Positions 62,101 to 64,000 of a stretch of 64,000 nucleotides of DNA are shown piece by piece (position 1 is the first letter of the stretch; each line of letters starts with the position of its first letter). Both the position numbers and the translations under genes were made by a program. This DNA is from Balanoglossus misakiensis. Lineage: Eukaryota; Animalia; Hemichordata. The notes beneath the pieces were generated by a model, which searched no databases, had not been told where the DNA came from, and saw nothing but the letters and a program-made list of their open reading frames with translations. The DNA lies in the NCBI GenBank assembly GCA_040954595.2, contig CM082582.2, positions 9,043,483 through 9,107,482 on the forward strand, given 5' to 3'.

Positions 62101-64000
62101 AAAACTTTTATCAGATGGATTTAAGTAGGAACTCTGGGTACTGCAAGATGTTCTTTCTCATAGACGTCTGTCCAGTGGTTACTCAATTAACTAAGCTACT
62201 GTGTACTTCTTGCTCTATGTAATCTTTCTGAGTTATAAATTTTCTGAGTTATAATACTTAAAATACACATACTGTATTGTCTAAATACTTATAATACACA
62301 TTATTGAAAGAATTTATGATGATACATGAAAGCATTGTCCAATTATTGTCAAAAGTTTGACATTGATATCAGGTTTTCTGATTCATGAGATGAATTTGGT
62401 AAAAAGGGGGACATGTTTTCATCTGGCAATCAAAACTAAACCTCTCCAAAGGTTATATTGTCTATTCACCTCTCCTTAGAAACCTTCACATTTAGTTTTC
62501 ATGGACACATTTTTGCCGTCTTATTGAATTTCTTGTCAAAATTTCTAGTATGTACTACAGCAAAAAATTCTCGCAAGAGATTTTGCTTACAGGCCGAACG
62601 TGTGGGCATTCACAATACAATGCAAAAGTAAACTTCATGAAAACTGGTACCACATGAACTTGTTTTTGGTGAACTATTTGTATCACATGATCTGAAAGAA
62701 CCAATTAAATTGATTGCATGGTCAGTCTGAGTGCATACACTGGTACCATGTGATCGTCACATGACAAGAATAATCAAATCAAATTTGCGCACGGCTGTGA
62801 TCAAGAAACCAGGTAGCAAACAGCATTAGAGGTCTGTTTTGAAATGAACTGTCTTTCTATATACTGCCACCTATTTGCACTTTTCCAAGCTTCAGTTCAC
62901 CACACTTTTTTTTTAATTTCGAAGTGTTTTCCGCCGAAAACTTGATTGTACAGAAATAGATGATTTTTTTTAGAAATTTCTCAAATATATTTAATGCAGC
63001 TTTTCATTCAATGAAAGTGATTCACTTTTTTGTCAAGAACTGAATTTGTCAAGAAATCAACTTATTTTTTGAAATTGTTATTCCATTTTATTTTATTTTA
63101 TTTTATATTTTGCGTTTATCGAGTGATTGTGGAAAAAAGTAAACAATTATGTGTGTCATTTCCATGACTACTTACAAACTATTCATGGTGCCAGATTTTA
63201 CACATGTAAATCCTGTCTCTACTCTTTGTGTTGTTTTTTTCCCAGTAGATGAGATTTTAGTGAAAAAAATCTGTACAATAAAACCAATGTAGAAATATCA
63301 AGGAAGATATAAAAAACTGAATACAAAATGATATATATTCCATCCTTGAGAGCAGTGTGTGGTGTTGTTTTGTATTATGTGTTTGTTTGTGATCCCAATG
63401 TCGTTTGAAGGTGTGGACTTGAACCTCCATCCCTGGAATTACATCAGGAATGGTATTCTCATGCAGTCAGACATCGAGTGGACAGTGCACATGTCAATTT
63501 ACACAACTCCATTCATGGCCGACAGCAACTTGGGCGTTCTTCCAAGCTACAATGGTACAGTCTGACAGGCAACCACACGTTAATCAAGAATGATTCGCAT
63601 AATGTCTTGTTGTCAGAGACATATCTATAAATAGTCGTATGCAACCACTCATTCGTTTGAGATACACATTTTAATCGAATATTCTGTTCCACTGCATTGT
63701 CGCACACATCTACCCAAACAGTAAATTTGCCACAATTAATTGAGACAACATATGAAGTGTATTCATGCCAGATATTTTTGTCAGAACCCCTGGGACACCA
63801 AATTGACCTGTGTGGATGCAGTTTTGCCCCAGCCAGGGATGAAGTACAATCTTGTTGACGACTACACTTTCTCAATGTGAAATATTGGTTCAAAATCAAG
63901 CCTGTTCATAGTTCAGTTTGACATGATCAATTCTGTGGGGAAACGTGCAGGGAGAGGCAGGCGATTCATGCAGGCAGTGAACACTATATACAGCAGCTGT

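Noticed and set aside
60400-64000. Short ORFs downstream of tsh
   Set aside because: No coding motifs or consistent exon chain. A YY1-like CAAGATGGC near 61955 alone is not enough to call a gene.

Overview
This is eukaryotic DNA from an invertebrate bilaterian. It has short GT-AG introns, AT-rich non-coding sequence and microsatellites; the species cannot be fixed from the sequence. No prokaryotic features (CRISPR, operons) are present. Bases 1-33.5 kb hold a compact, intron-dense housekeeping block: spire (5' part, -), STX16 (-), DHX35 (+), AIRIM/C1orf109 (-), CDCA8/borealin (+), NBN (+), PEPD (-) and a small two-exon NTF2/DUF4440-like gene (-). Bases 35-60 kb hold an intron-poor transcription-factor block: ZNF507 (-) head-to-head with ZNF407 (+, carrying a 5x72-bp AT-hook array), then teashirt (+, 40-nt coding exon 1, 9-kb intron, large exon 2). 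The most interesting signals are: (1) a ~230-nt G.U-rich folded element of unknown family in the longest NBN intron; (2) a PEPD-ZNF507-ZNF407-tsh cluster that looks like the pre-duplication ancestor of the vertebrate TSHZ1/TSHZ3 neighbourhoods; (3) four same-strand Pbx/Meis decamers in the tsh intron; (4) a U12-type intron in AIRIM; (5) a bacterial-type DUF4440 gene with an intron and TATA box; and (6) a TA-flanked foldback MITE. Gene identities rest on recalled protein motifs and manual splicing, not database searches.
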